IMG/VR virus record: IMGVR_UViG_3300046011_008859
Location: 1-53,520 of that record
Length of the DNA: 53,520 bases
Source: a virus
Lineage: Duplodnaviria; Caudoviricetes
Reading direction: 5' to 3' (one strand)
Below are positions 36,710 to 44,601 of the stretch, one piece after another. Both the position numbers and the translations under genes were made by a program. The notes below the pieces were generated by a model that worked only from the letters and a program-made list of their open reading frames with translations, was not told where the DNA came from and did not search any database. Position 1 is the stretch's first letter, and every line of letters starts with the position of its first letter.

Positions 36710-38128
36710 ATGAGAGATTGGTGGCTTCAGAATCCGCTTGACAGCGTAGAGCCTGTCAAGGTTGCGCGCGTTGCGCTGCAGAGGCAATTTACCACGTCCG
36801 AAGGGGTGAGAGGGCTGTGGCGTTGGCGGAATGACTGGTGGGTGCTCGAGGACAACGTGTGGCGGGTGGTCGATGAGGAGCGCGTAAGGGACCTCATGTG
36901 GCTGTTCCTCGAGGACAGTGTGTGGCAGAGGGCCACGCAGAACGGGCTTGTGCTGGAGAGGGTGAAGCCGGACAAGCCGAAGGTGGACGGAGTGGTGAGG
37001 GCGCTGGAGGCGTTGGTGAGGATCAGCGCGGAGAGCGTTCCGCTGTGGCTGGACCGGAGGCCAGGCGACTTTCCGGCGGGAGAGACGGTCGCGTTCATGG
37101 ACCGGCTGGTGAATGTGAGGACGCTGGAGACGGTGGAGAGAACGCCGAGGTGGTTTGATACGGCGATCCTGCCCGTGAACTGGGAGCCGGACGCGAAGTG
37201 CCCGAGGTGGGAGCAGGCAGTGAGAGAGTGGGGTGAGGGCGATCCGATCTGGGCCGAGTTGTTGGCTCGGTGGATGGGATATTGCCTGATGGGGACGCGG
37301 AAGTATGCGCGGTGGATGCTGATGTACGGCAAGATCCGGGGAGGGAAGGGCACGATCAGCGGGGTGTTGAGGAAGTTGGTGGGTAGGGATGCGTTCATGG
37401 GAGCGAGCCTGGAGGATCTGTCGGGCGGGTTCGGGATGGACGGGCTGGAGCGGACGAAGGTGCTGAGCATCAACGAGGTGAGCGAGCTGGAGGGGAAGAA
37501 TGGGGAGAGGGTGTGTCGGGTGGTGAAGAACATCGTGGGCAGGGACCCGATGACGGTGGACGCGAAGTACATGCGGCAGCAGAGGAACGTGGTCGTGAAT
37601 GCGGCCGTGATGATGCAGAGCAACGAGATCCCGGTTCTGCCGAACAAGGGCAGGGGGTTGAGCGGCAAGATGCTGGTTCTGCCGTTCGACGTGAGCTTCG
37701 AGGGCAGGGAGGACCTGGATCTGGAGGGTGATTTGGAGCGGGAGCTGCCGGGAATCGCGGCATGGGCGATCAGGGGTGCGCATCGGCTGGAGGGAAGCGC
37801 GGCGGGAGACAGGTGGCCTGTGCCGAAGGCGAGCGATCGGGCGGTGAAGATGTATCACCTGCAGAACAACCCGTTCGATGCGTTCCTAGAGGCACGGTTT
37901 GTGAAGGTTCCGGGTGGGTTCGTGAGCAACACGATCCTGAGGGCGCAATGGGACGCGTGGGTGAAGGCGAACCGGATCCGGATGCACGTGAGCATGAACC
38001 TGCTGCCGATGAAGGTGGTGCAGGGAAGCAGCTGGGACGTGAGGCAGACCCGGTTGAGCGAGGCCCATGGGCACGAGAGGGGGATCGAGGGGTTGGGATT
38101 GAGGAAGGAGTATGATGACGAGCACTAG
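36710..38128 (+). CDS. SF3 (D5/P4-type) DNA helicase with no evident primase domain
   Basis: D5_N-like PVNWEPDAKCPRWEQ, Walker A MYGKIRGGKGT, Walker B SINE, motif C MQSNEIP; GAGGAG RBS. Confidence 0.85.
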   Translation: MRDWWLQNPLDSVEPVKVARVALQRQFTTSEGVRGLWRWRNDWWVLEDNVWRVVDEERVRDLMWLFLEDSVWQRATQNGLVLERVKPDKPKVDGVVRALEALVRISAESVPLWLDRRPGDFPAGETVAFMDRLVNVRTLETVERTPRWFDTAILPVNWEPDAKCPRWEQAVREWGEGDPIWAELLARWMGYCLMGTRKYARWMLMYGKIRGGKGTISGVLRKLVGRDAFMGASLEDLSGGFGMDGLERTKVLSINEVSELEGKNGERVCRVVKNIVGRDPMTVDAKYMRQQRNVVVNAAVMMQSNEIPVLPNKGRGLSGKMLVLPFDVSFEGREDLDLEGDLERELPGIAAWAIRGAHRLEGSAAGDRWPVPKASDRAVKMYHLQNNPFDAFLEARFVKVPGGFVSNTILRAQWDAWVKANRIRMHVSMNLLPMKVVQGSSWDVRQTRLSEAHGHERGIEGLGLRKEYDDEH

Positions 38129-38136
38129 GAGGTCAC

Positions 38137-38388
38137 ATGAAGCCAGGATCCATGGACGGGGCGGTGGAGGAGCAGGTGTTGGCTGTGCAGATGGGCGACA
38201 TCAGCCAGCGTGCTACGGCTGCCTTGCGGTTCCTGGACTGGCTGGAGGGCGTGACTGGCCCTCGGTGGGTGGGCACTGAGCGTGGTGCGGTGAAGCAGGA
38301 TGGTCGGAAGGCCACGGACCAGGAGTTGGAGGTGCGGAAGGCCGCGTTGGACTACCTGAAGCTGCACCTGCACGGCGAAATGGACTGA
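38137..38388 (+). CDS. Hypothetical protein
   Basis: 83 aa with AGGAGG RBS. Confidence 0.65.
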   Translation: MKPGSMDGAVEEQVLAVQMGDISQRATAALRFLDWLEGVTGPRWVGTERGAVKQDGRKATDQELEVRKAALDYLKLHLHGEMD

Positions 38389-38401
38389 TACTCCCCTCTC
38401 G

Positions 38402-38438
38402 CCCCCCATCGCCTTCGGGTAGGTGGGGGGTTCTTTTT
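38402..38438 (+). terminator. Intrinsic terminator
   Basis: CCCCCATCGCC-TTCG-GGTAGGTGGGGG followed by TTTCTTTTT. Confidence 0.75.
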
Positions 38439-38439
38439 G

Positions 38440-38775
38440 GCCGTTGTTCGGGTACCAGGGGTACCAAGAGATCGATCGGCTCCTTTCTTTTATATATATC
38501 TCTCTTATGTAGGAAAGGAGGGTTGGTATTGCTGGTACAGGTTAGGTATTTGTAGGGGAATTTTGAGAGATATAGGGCCTTTCCCCTCTACGGCGCGCAC
38601 AGCCGGGGGGCCTGCACCCCCCCCTCCGGCCGGCAGGCACGCTCGAGCGGCAGCGGGCACACACGAAGGCAGCAGCCGGAGCGCGACGGCGGTGCCCAAG
38701 TGGCTTCTTTATGAAGCCACTTGGACACGCGTGTGTCGGGTGACTTCGAACCTCTTGTCCCGAAAGGACAACGCC
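38440..38775. other. Non-coding control region (candidate origin or genome end)
   Basis: AT-rich tract TTTCTTTTATATATATCTCTCTTAT, repeated GGTA(C/T), G6/C8 runs, 12-bp inverted repeat, GC-skew switch. Confidence 0.5.
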
Positions 38776-39150
38776 ATGAAGACCGTGACCATGACCGAGC
38801 AGCAGATCGCCGCGTTCGCACAGCAGGCCGCACAGCAGGCCGTGGCGGAGTACATCGCCCGGAACACGCTGAAGCCGTCCGACTTCAAGGTCGTCGCCGT
38901 CACCAACATCCCCTCGAAGTCCGGCGGCAAGCCGTGGGGCACGCTCGAGATCATCGACCAGCGCACGGGCGAGCGCGTCGAGTGCTTCCTCGACCGCGTG
39001 CACGACGCCGGCAAGCGCAAGGACGGCGCGGATCAGCAGATCTTCTACGCCACCGTCCGGAAGCCGAAGGCGGACGCCGCCCCGGCCGCCCCGGCGAAGG
39101 CCAAGAGCAAGACCAGCGCCGTCTCCGCCGCCGTCGCTGCGTCCGCCTGA
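38776..39150 (+). CDS. Hypothetical early protein with an Ala/Lys-rich tail
   Basis: MKTVTMTEQQ...; AAAGGA RBS; strongly biased codon use. Confidence 0.7.
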   Translation: MKTVTMTEQQIAAFAQQAAQQAVAEYIARNTLKPSDFKVVAVTNIPSKSGGKPWGTLEIIDQRTGERVECFLDRVHDAGKRKDGADQQIFYATVRKPKADAAPAAPAKAKSKTSAVSAAVAASA

Positions 39151-39274
39151 CGCAGCATCAGCCGCCCTCCCCCTGCCTCCTTGCGGGGCAGGGGGAGTGG
39201 CTTTCGTGGTTCCCGGCGCGTAGCCGGGCCGACCGCTCCCAACCCGTCCTACCCCGGCCAGAAGGAGGCCAACC

Positions 39275-39658
39275 ATGTCCAACCCCACCCGCCAGCAGTC
39301 CGTCAGCGCAGCCGTTGCCGCAGCCCGCATCCGTGTCGAGGACGCGCTCCTCGCCCTGTCCCAGGAACTGAGCAAGACACTCGTCGGTCTCGATGACGAG
39401 ACCCAGGACGACATCGTCCAAGACCGGCGTGCGCAGGGCCGAAAGATCTACGAGGCGCTCAACCGCCTAACCGAAGACCTGATCGAGCCGTGCTCGACCT
39501 GCGGACACGGCGAGCACTCGACCTGCCCGTGCCGACTGTACGACGAGCCCGACCCGGACGGCGACCGGGACCATCCCGGCATCCCCACCTGCCCGTCCTG
39601 CAAGCACGACCTCGAGCTCGACGCGGAACTCCGCTGCTCCCGTTGCGGTGCAGCCTGA
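39275..39658 (+). CDS. Hypothetical protein with Zn-finger-like Cys motifs
   Basis: CSTCGHGEHSTCPC and CPSC...CSRC; AAGGAGG RBS. Confidence 0.7.
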   Translation: MSNPTRQQSVSAAVAAARIRVEDALLALSQELSKTLVGLDDETQDDIVQDRRAQGRKIYEALNRLTEDLIEPCSTCGHGEHSTCPCRLYDEPDPDGDRDHPGIPTCPSCKHDLELDAELRCSRCGAA

Positions 39659-39855
39659 CCTTGTCGGGGTGGTTCCCGCTGTCGCGGGGGAACCACCCCT
39701 CTCTTTCTTCTTTCCTCTTTCGCAGACAGGAATCACATGCCCGCCTGACCACTCCCACTCTCTCCCCACGCGGGGGGATGCGCTTCGCGCCCCCCGCGTG
39801 GGGTTGCACTGCGTTTCTTTTCTTCTTTCTCATTTCTCTATCACAGGACACTGCC

Positions 39856-40464
39856 ATGGAAATCAAGTTCGAATCACTCAACGCCATCGACTTCTCGCGC
39901 TTCGCCCGTCCCACACCGTCCGACTACCCGACCGGCCGCTACTCCGGCACCATCTCGGCCGTCGAGCCGCAGACCAAGGACAGCAAGGGCAACTTCACGC
40001 TCCGCCTGCGCGTCCAGACCACCGTCGACCAGGAGCCCGGCAAGCCCACGCTCCGCGTCAACGACCTCGTCTCGTTCGTCGGACCCAACGGCTTCATGTG
40101 GGCTGGCGCCAACGTGTTCTGCGACCTCATGGCCATCGCAGGCCACGACCGCGACTCGATCTACGCCTCGTGCAAGGCGCTCGCCAACGCCCTCGAGTCC
40201 GCAGACACAGCCGCAGTCCGCTCCACCTTCACCGAGATCGCCTTCAACGCCTCGGTCCTGCCCGGCACCCGCGTCGCCCCGTTCATCACGTGGACGGACG
40301 ACGGACAGTACGCCAACGTGAAGGGCTCCAAGGTCGCGCCGTCCTACGTCTCCGCCACCAACGAGTCGGACCCCGCCGACTCCTTCACCGGCGATGACGT
40401 CGACAGCCCGACCGAGCAGCCCAACCGCCGGGCCAAGCGCACCCTCGTCAAGGGTCGCCGCTGA
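39856..40464 (+). CDS. Second putative SSB/DUF669-like protein
   Basis: YPTGRYSGTISAVEPQ..SKGN.TLRLR pattern and an acidic C-terminal stretch. Confidence 0.5.
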   Translation: MEIKFESLNAIDFSRFARPTPSDYPTGRYSGTISAVEPQTKDSKGNFTLRLRVQTTVDQEPGKPTLRVNDLVSFVGPNGFMWAGANVFCDLMAIAGHDRDSIYASCKALANALESADTAAVRSTFTEIAFNASVLPGTRVAPFITWTDDGQYANVKGSKVAPSYVSATNESDPADSFTGDDVDSPTEQPNRRAKRTLVKGRR

Positions 40465-40555
40465 TCCATCCACTCGTCTCCCCCACCGACCTCTGTCCAT
40501 CCTTCGGACATGTCGGTGAGGGGAGCCGGGATCACCACATGCAGAAAGGAACCGC

Positions 40556-41131
40556 ATGCTGCCCTCACTCACCGTCTCCGCCCTCCTCGTCCCCATCCCG
40601 TTCTCCTCGTGGGTCGTCAGCCACTCCGCCATGGAGTCATCCGCCCAGCCCTCGTGGATGCCGGACCCCGCCTCCGACCACCGTCCCTACCTCCTCCCGC
40701 CCACCAGCGACATGACCGAAGGCATCCCCATGCCCACCGAGTCAGGCACCGAGCGCGAGGAGTTCTCGTTCCGCCAAGCGTGGGAACTGACCCGCTCGCT
40801 CGAGTCCCTTCCCGCCCAGTGGCATCCCGTCTACCGCAAGTGGAATCGCGTCCTCTCCCAAGAGCACCAGCTCTCCATGTCCGCAGGCGGTGCTCACCGC
40901 TACGCAGGCCTCGAACCCATCACCATCCGCACCCCACCTGCCCCGCCCGCACCCGCCGTCATCGAAACCCTGCTCGGCACGGACCAGCGACGCGCACTCC
41001 GCGCACGCCTCTACCGCAGGCTCGGCATCGTCCGTTGCTCCCGCACCCAGCGCCTTGCCCGTGACCCGGACTCCGCTTGGACCACCATCGGTGGACTCGA
41101 CCGCCGTGTCCGCTGGGCCCAACCCGCCTGA
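40556..41131 (+). CDS. Hypothetical protein
   Basis: 191 aa with AAAGGA RBS. Confidence 0.55.
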   Translation: MLPSLTVSALLVPIPFSSWVVSHSAMESSAQPSWMPDPASDHRPYLLPPTSDMTEGIPMPTESGTEREEFSFRQAWELTRSLESLPAQWHPVYRKWNRVLSQEHQLSMSAGGAHRYAGLEPITIRTPPAPPAPAVIETLLGTDQRRALRARLYRRLGIVRCSRTQRLARDPDSAWTTIGGLDRRVRWAQPA

Positions 41132-41212
41132 ATCCTTTCTGCACCCCGGGTGAGGGTCGCGTTCGCGCCCCCTCACCCGGGGATTCCCTTCGTTCCTGTC
41201 CCGATCAGTCCC

Positions 41213-41497
41213 ATGCCGACCCAACCACCATTCATAACCGCCAAGTACCAGGTCTTCTGCGCCACCAACCCGTCCGGCCGAATCATGCAGGTCTGGGCAC
41301 AGCCTCCCAACTTCTTCCCCGAGGTCATCGCCACCGACTACCCCGACCCCGACACCTGCCAGACCATGCTCGTCTGCGCAACCGACGACTACGCCACCGC
41401 ACTCCAGTCATGGCGTGCCAACGCGTCCGCCTGCCGTACCACCTGCTCCGCTCTCGGCACCAAGTGCCACACCCTGGACTCCCAACTCGAGGACTGA
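41213..41497 (+). CDS. Hypothetical protein
   Basis: MPTQPPFITAKYQVFC... ORF directly after a hairpin. Confidence 0.55.
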   Translation: MPTQPPFITAKYQVFCATNPSGRIMQVWAQPPNFFPEVIATDYPDPDTCQTMLVCATDDYATALQSWRANASACRTTCSALGTKCHTLDSQLED

Positions 41498-41498
41498 C

Positions 41499-42296
41499 AT
41501 GACAACCTCCCGTCTCTACCTGCACGCCGGCGCTTCCGAGATCTCCTTCTCCGATCTCGCCGCCATCCCGGCCCCCGAACCCACGCCCTCGTGGCATCCG
41601 ATCCCGCACTCCACCTACATCTCCGCCATCCGCGACTCGCTCTCCGTCCTCGGCGCATCCGTCGTCACCGAACGGTTCGCCATCAAGCCGGGCCACACCG
41701 GAGCCGACAAGCTCTTCGGCCTCATCGAGTTCGAGCACCCGCGCCTGCACTCTTCCAAGGGCGGCATCGCAGGCTTCGGATTCCGTGGCTCGTGGGACAA
41801 GACCATCGCGCAGTCCGGCATCATCTCGTTCCGCACGTTCGTCTGCGACAACATGGCGTTCTCAGGAGGCGAAGCCATCTCGTTCCACCGCAAGAACACG
41901 CCCGGCCTCGCAGCCGACTACGAAACCACCATCGCCACGGCGATGATCAACTTCATCTCGACCGCCAACCAATTCATAAAGGTGCTCGACCAGCTCAACC
42001 ACGTCCGAGTCCCGGACACCCGTGAGTTCATCGACACCACTGCCTGCGCCCTCGCCGACGAAGGCGCTGTCCTCTGGCAGAACGTCCCGCACCTGCGCCG
42101 TGAGCTCATGCGCATCGACGGACCTGGCGGATTCTTCCCAGCCGAACGCAACGACGGCCTCACCACCGGCCTTGTCCTCCAAGCCGTCACCGAAGTTGAG
42201 AAGCGATCGCTCAACGCCCTGTCCACCGTCGATCGCATGCAAGCCGCAACCAACTACGTCACCCGTCTCGCAGACCTGGAGTACGCACACTCATGA
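41499..42296 (+). CDS. DUF932-like protein
   Basis: WHPIPH, GFRGSWDKT and FRTFVCDNMAFSG motifs. Confidence 0.75.
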   Translation: MTTSRLYLHAGASEISFSDLAAIPAPEPTPSWHPIPHSTYISAIRDSLSVLGASVVTERFAIKPGHTGADKLFGLIEFEHPRLHSSKGGIAGFGFRGSWDKTIAQSGIISFRTFVCDNMAFSGGEAISFHRKNTPGLAADYETTIATAMINFISTANQFIKVLDQLNHVRVPDTREFIDTTACALADEGAVLWQNVPHLRRELMRIDGPGGFFPAERNDGLTTGLVLQAVTEVEKRSLNALSTVDRMQAATNYVTRLADLEYAHS

Positions 42297-42610
42297 CAAC
42301 CCCACTCGACCCACGCGTCATCGAATCCATCCGCTCCGCCTTCAAGAACAACAACGAGTACTTCTGGGATGCCCCCAGCAAGCCCGAGCACATCGACGCC
42401 ACGGCCAAGTACGCGGCCGCCTACTTCAGGCTCGCTCCCAAGTGGATCGAACTGAACGAAGCCGTCCGCAACTCCATCACCACCATCGAAGTCCAGTCCG
42501 AACTCATCTCCCGTCTGTCCGACAAGGTCGACCGCTTCATCGCACTCTGCGAAGACAACGGCATCCTGTCCGACGACATCGAACGCGCCAAGAACGGAGC
42601 ATCCAAGTGA
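42293..42610 (+). CDS. Hypothetical protein
   Basis: 105 aa with ATGA/GTGA coupling on both sides. Confidence 0.65.
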   Translation: MTTPLDPRVIESIRSAFKNNNEYFWDAPSKPEHIDATAKYAAAYFRLAPKWIELNEAVRNSITTIEVQSELISRLSDKVDRFIALCEDNGILSDDIERAKNGASK

Positions 42611-43212
42611 TCGCCACCCGCACCCGTCCCTACACCGACCCGCACCCCACCATCCGCATCCAGGAGGACGCACTCAAGCGCCAGCGCGAGCGTTTCGCCG
42701 AACGCAAGCGTGCCATCTCACGCCTCGTCGCCGAAGCACCGTCCGACCAGAAGGAGATCTTCCACTGGACGCTGGTCTACGACCTCGAGCAAGCGCCGCT
42801 CATCACCAGCCGTGAACTCCTGCTCACGCAGGGCATCATCCCCTGCCCCCCGCAGGAACTCATCACGGACCTCGACGTTCACGACGAACTGTGGACAGTC
42901 ATCGAGGGCATGGCCAAGACCGGCATCTACCTCCTCAACACGGACCACATGTGTGACCGTGACCTGTACGCCCGCCTGTACTTCCGCATCCTCGACGAGC
43001 AGACCCGTGGCCTGCCACCCGCTGCCGAAGCCTGCGAGTACATCGACTGCCTGCACCCGCTCGACCTTGACCACCCGCTCGGCAAGAAACTCGCAGCACG
43101 GAAGCCGGCCAACCCTGCCACCACGTACGTTCGTGGCCCGGCCTGCCCCCTGTCCGGCGAACTCGCCGACCGTGATCGCTACCTTCCACGTCCGTCGAAC
43201 CCCAACGACTGA
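42607..43212 (+). CDS. Hypothetical protein resembling a bacterial conserved hypothetical family
   Basis: LWTVIEGMA..GIYL.NTDHMCDRDLYARL...ADRDRYLP; GTG start overlapping the upstream stop. Confidence 0.65.
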   Translation: MIATRTRPYTDPHPTIRIQEDALKRQRERFAERKRAISRLVAEAPSDQKEIFHWTLVYDLEQAPLITSRELLLTQGIIPCPPQELITDLDVHDELWTVIEGMAKTGIYLLNTDHMCDRDLYARLYFRILDEQTRGLPPAAEACEYIDCLHPLDLDHPLGKKLAARKPANPATTYVRGPACPLSGELADRDRYLPRPSNPND

Positions 43213-43222
43213 CGAACCAAGC

Positions 43223-43328
43223 CATGGGACCGTCCGCACCGCCGGCTCGTAACCGGCGTCAAGCGGAATCCCATGAACACCCTGCGCTCCAGGTTTACCT
43301 GGTAGCGGACGACGGTCCGTGCGCAGGG
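43223..43328 (+). ncRNA. Candidate structured RNA (nested hairpin plus three-way junction)
   Basis: CATGGGA/TCCCATG enclosing CCGC/GCGG and CGCCGG/CCGGCG; CCCTGCGC/GCGCAGGG enclosing CCAGG/CCTGG and GCGGAC/GTCCGT. Confidence 0.4.
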
Positions 43329-43469
43329 AGGTATCCCCCGGCCATCCGCCCTCCTCTGAGCGACCATGCCTCTGTCTCGGTGCCGCGGCACTCAGCACAC
43401 GCCACTAGCGTCCACCACGATAAGGCTCTGGCTGGTGGGGTACCATCCCCGCCCCATCCGAGGAACGAC

Positions 43470-44186
43470 ATGCAACTCACGCTGCTCCACGCCAAGCCGT
43501 CATGCACGGCCTGCGATCTCCATTCCTCCGCCAAGAACGTAGGCATCCCGTCCCGTCACCTGCCCACCAGCCTGCCGCCTGACCCCGCCAACCCAGTCGT
43601 CATCGTCATCGGCATGAACCCCGGCACCCAAGAGGACCGTGCCGGCGAGTGCTGGATCGGCCCGTCGGGCCAGCTCCTGTCCGGCCCGTACCTCACGGGC
43701 TCCGGCATCAACTCCCTCGCCACCGTGTACCTCTGCAACGTGGCCCGGTGCGTGTCACCCGGCGGCAAGCCCAAGCCCGCTCACTACCGAACCTGCTTCG
43801 GCAACACACTCGCCGACATCCAGTCCATCCTCGAGCACCACATCCCGGCCACCGCCCGTGCCATACTGTGCGCCGGTGCCGACCCGGTCACGCACCTGTC
43901 CCGCACCTGGTCCAAGCGCGCACTCTCCCAGCAAGAAGCATTCCGTACCCAGGGCATCGCCATCCCGACCCTGTCGCGCACCCACTTCTTCGCCACGTAC
44001 CACCCAGCCGCAGTCCTGCGCGAGCCCGGCCTCATCCACCCGGTCGCAGACCACATGGCCCTGCTCCGCAACTTCCTGACCGGAGAACTCGCACGCCCGT
44101 CCGCTCCCCTCATCCGCGAACCCTTCTACCCAGTGACCGAGGCCAACCTCAACAACGCCGCATTCCGGCAAGGCACGCTCCGATGA
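43470..44186 (+). CDS. Uracil-DNA glycosylase, family 4-like (Fe-S type)
   Basis: CTACDL, IGMNPG.QEDRAG..WIGPSGQLL, YLCNVARC, TYHPAAVLR; GAGGA RBS. Confidence 0.85.
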   Translation: MQLTLLHAKPSCTACDLHSSAKNVGIPSRHLPTSLPPDPANPVVIVIGMNPGTQEDRAGECWIGPSGQLLSGPYLTGSGINSLATVYLCNVARCVSPGGKPKPAHYRTCFGNTLADIQSILEHHIPATARAILCAGADPVTHLSRTWSKRALSQQEAFRTQGIAIPTLSRTHFFATYHPAAVLREPGLIHPVADHMALLRNFLTGELARPSAPLIREPFYPVTEANLNNAAFRQGTLR

Positions 44187-44431
44187 CTAACCCCAACAAA
44201 CAGCCCGAAGAGCAGAACCCGTACGCCTCATACCTCGAGCAGCTGCTCGGGTACACGGTCAAGACCGTGATCATCTACGCATCAGACGACGGCGTGGACG
44301 AAACCTCGTACGGCCTGATCCTCAGCCGCACCGACGACGACGGCAAGGAACAGTTCCTCTACACCGAGATCCTGCGTGACGAGGAAGGCAACGGGCCCGG
44401 CCACCTCCACATCTCCAAGGACCTGGCATGA
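44183..44431 (+). CDS. Hypothetical protein
   Basis: MTNPNKQ...LRDEEGNGPGHL; ATGA coupling. Confidence 0.65.
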   Translation: MTNPNKQPEEQNPYASYLEQLLGYTVKTVIIYASDDGVDETSYGLILSRTDDDGKEQFLYTEILRDEEGNGPGHLHISKDLA

Positions 44432-44601
44432 CCGACAAGGAACTCATCGAACGCCTCACCGCCGAGCGCGACGAGGCGATCAAGGACGCGGAACGATGGC
44501 AGGCAGACGCCCTGCGCCTGTTGACCGAACGCAACGCAGCCAAGGAACAGAACGTCAAGCTCCTATCCAAGATCCAGGAGTACGAGGCACGTGAGCAATA
44601 G
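44428..44601 (+). CDS. 57-aa coiled-coil protein (not in the ORF track)
   Basis: MTDKELIERLTAERDEAIKDAERWQADALRLLTERNAAKEQ...; ATGA coupling. Confidence 0.6.
   Translation: MTDKELIERLTAERDEAIKDAERWQADALRLLTERNAAKEQNVKLLSKIQEYEAREQ

Noticed and set aside
43223-43328. tRNA or hammerhead ribozyme
   Set aside because: No T-loop GTTC or cloverleaf, and no CTGATGA/GAAA core.
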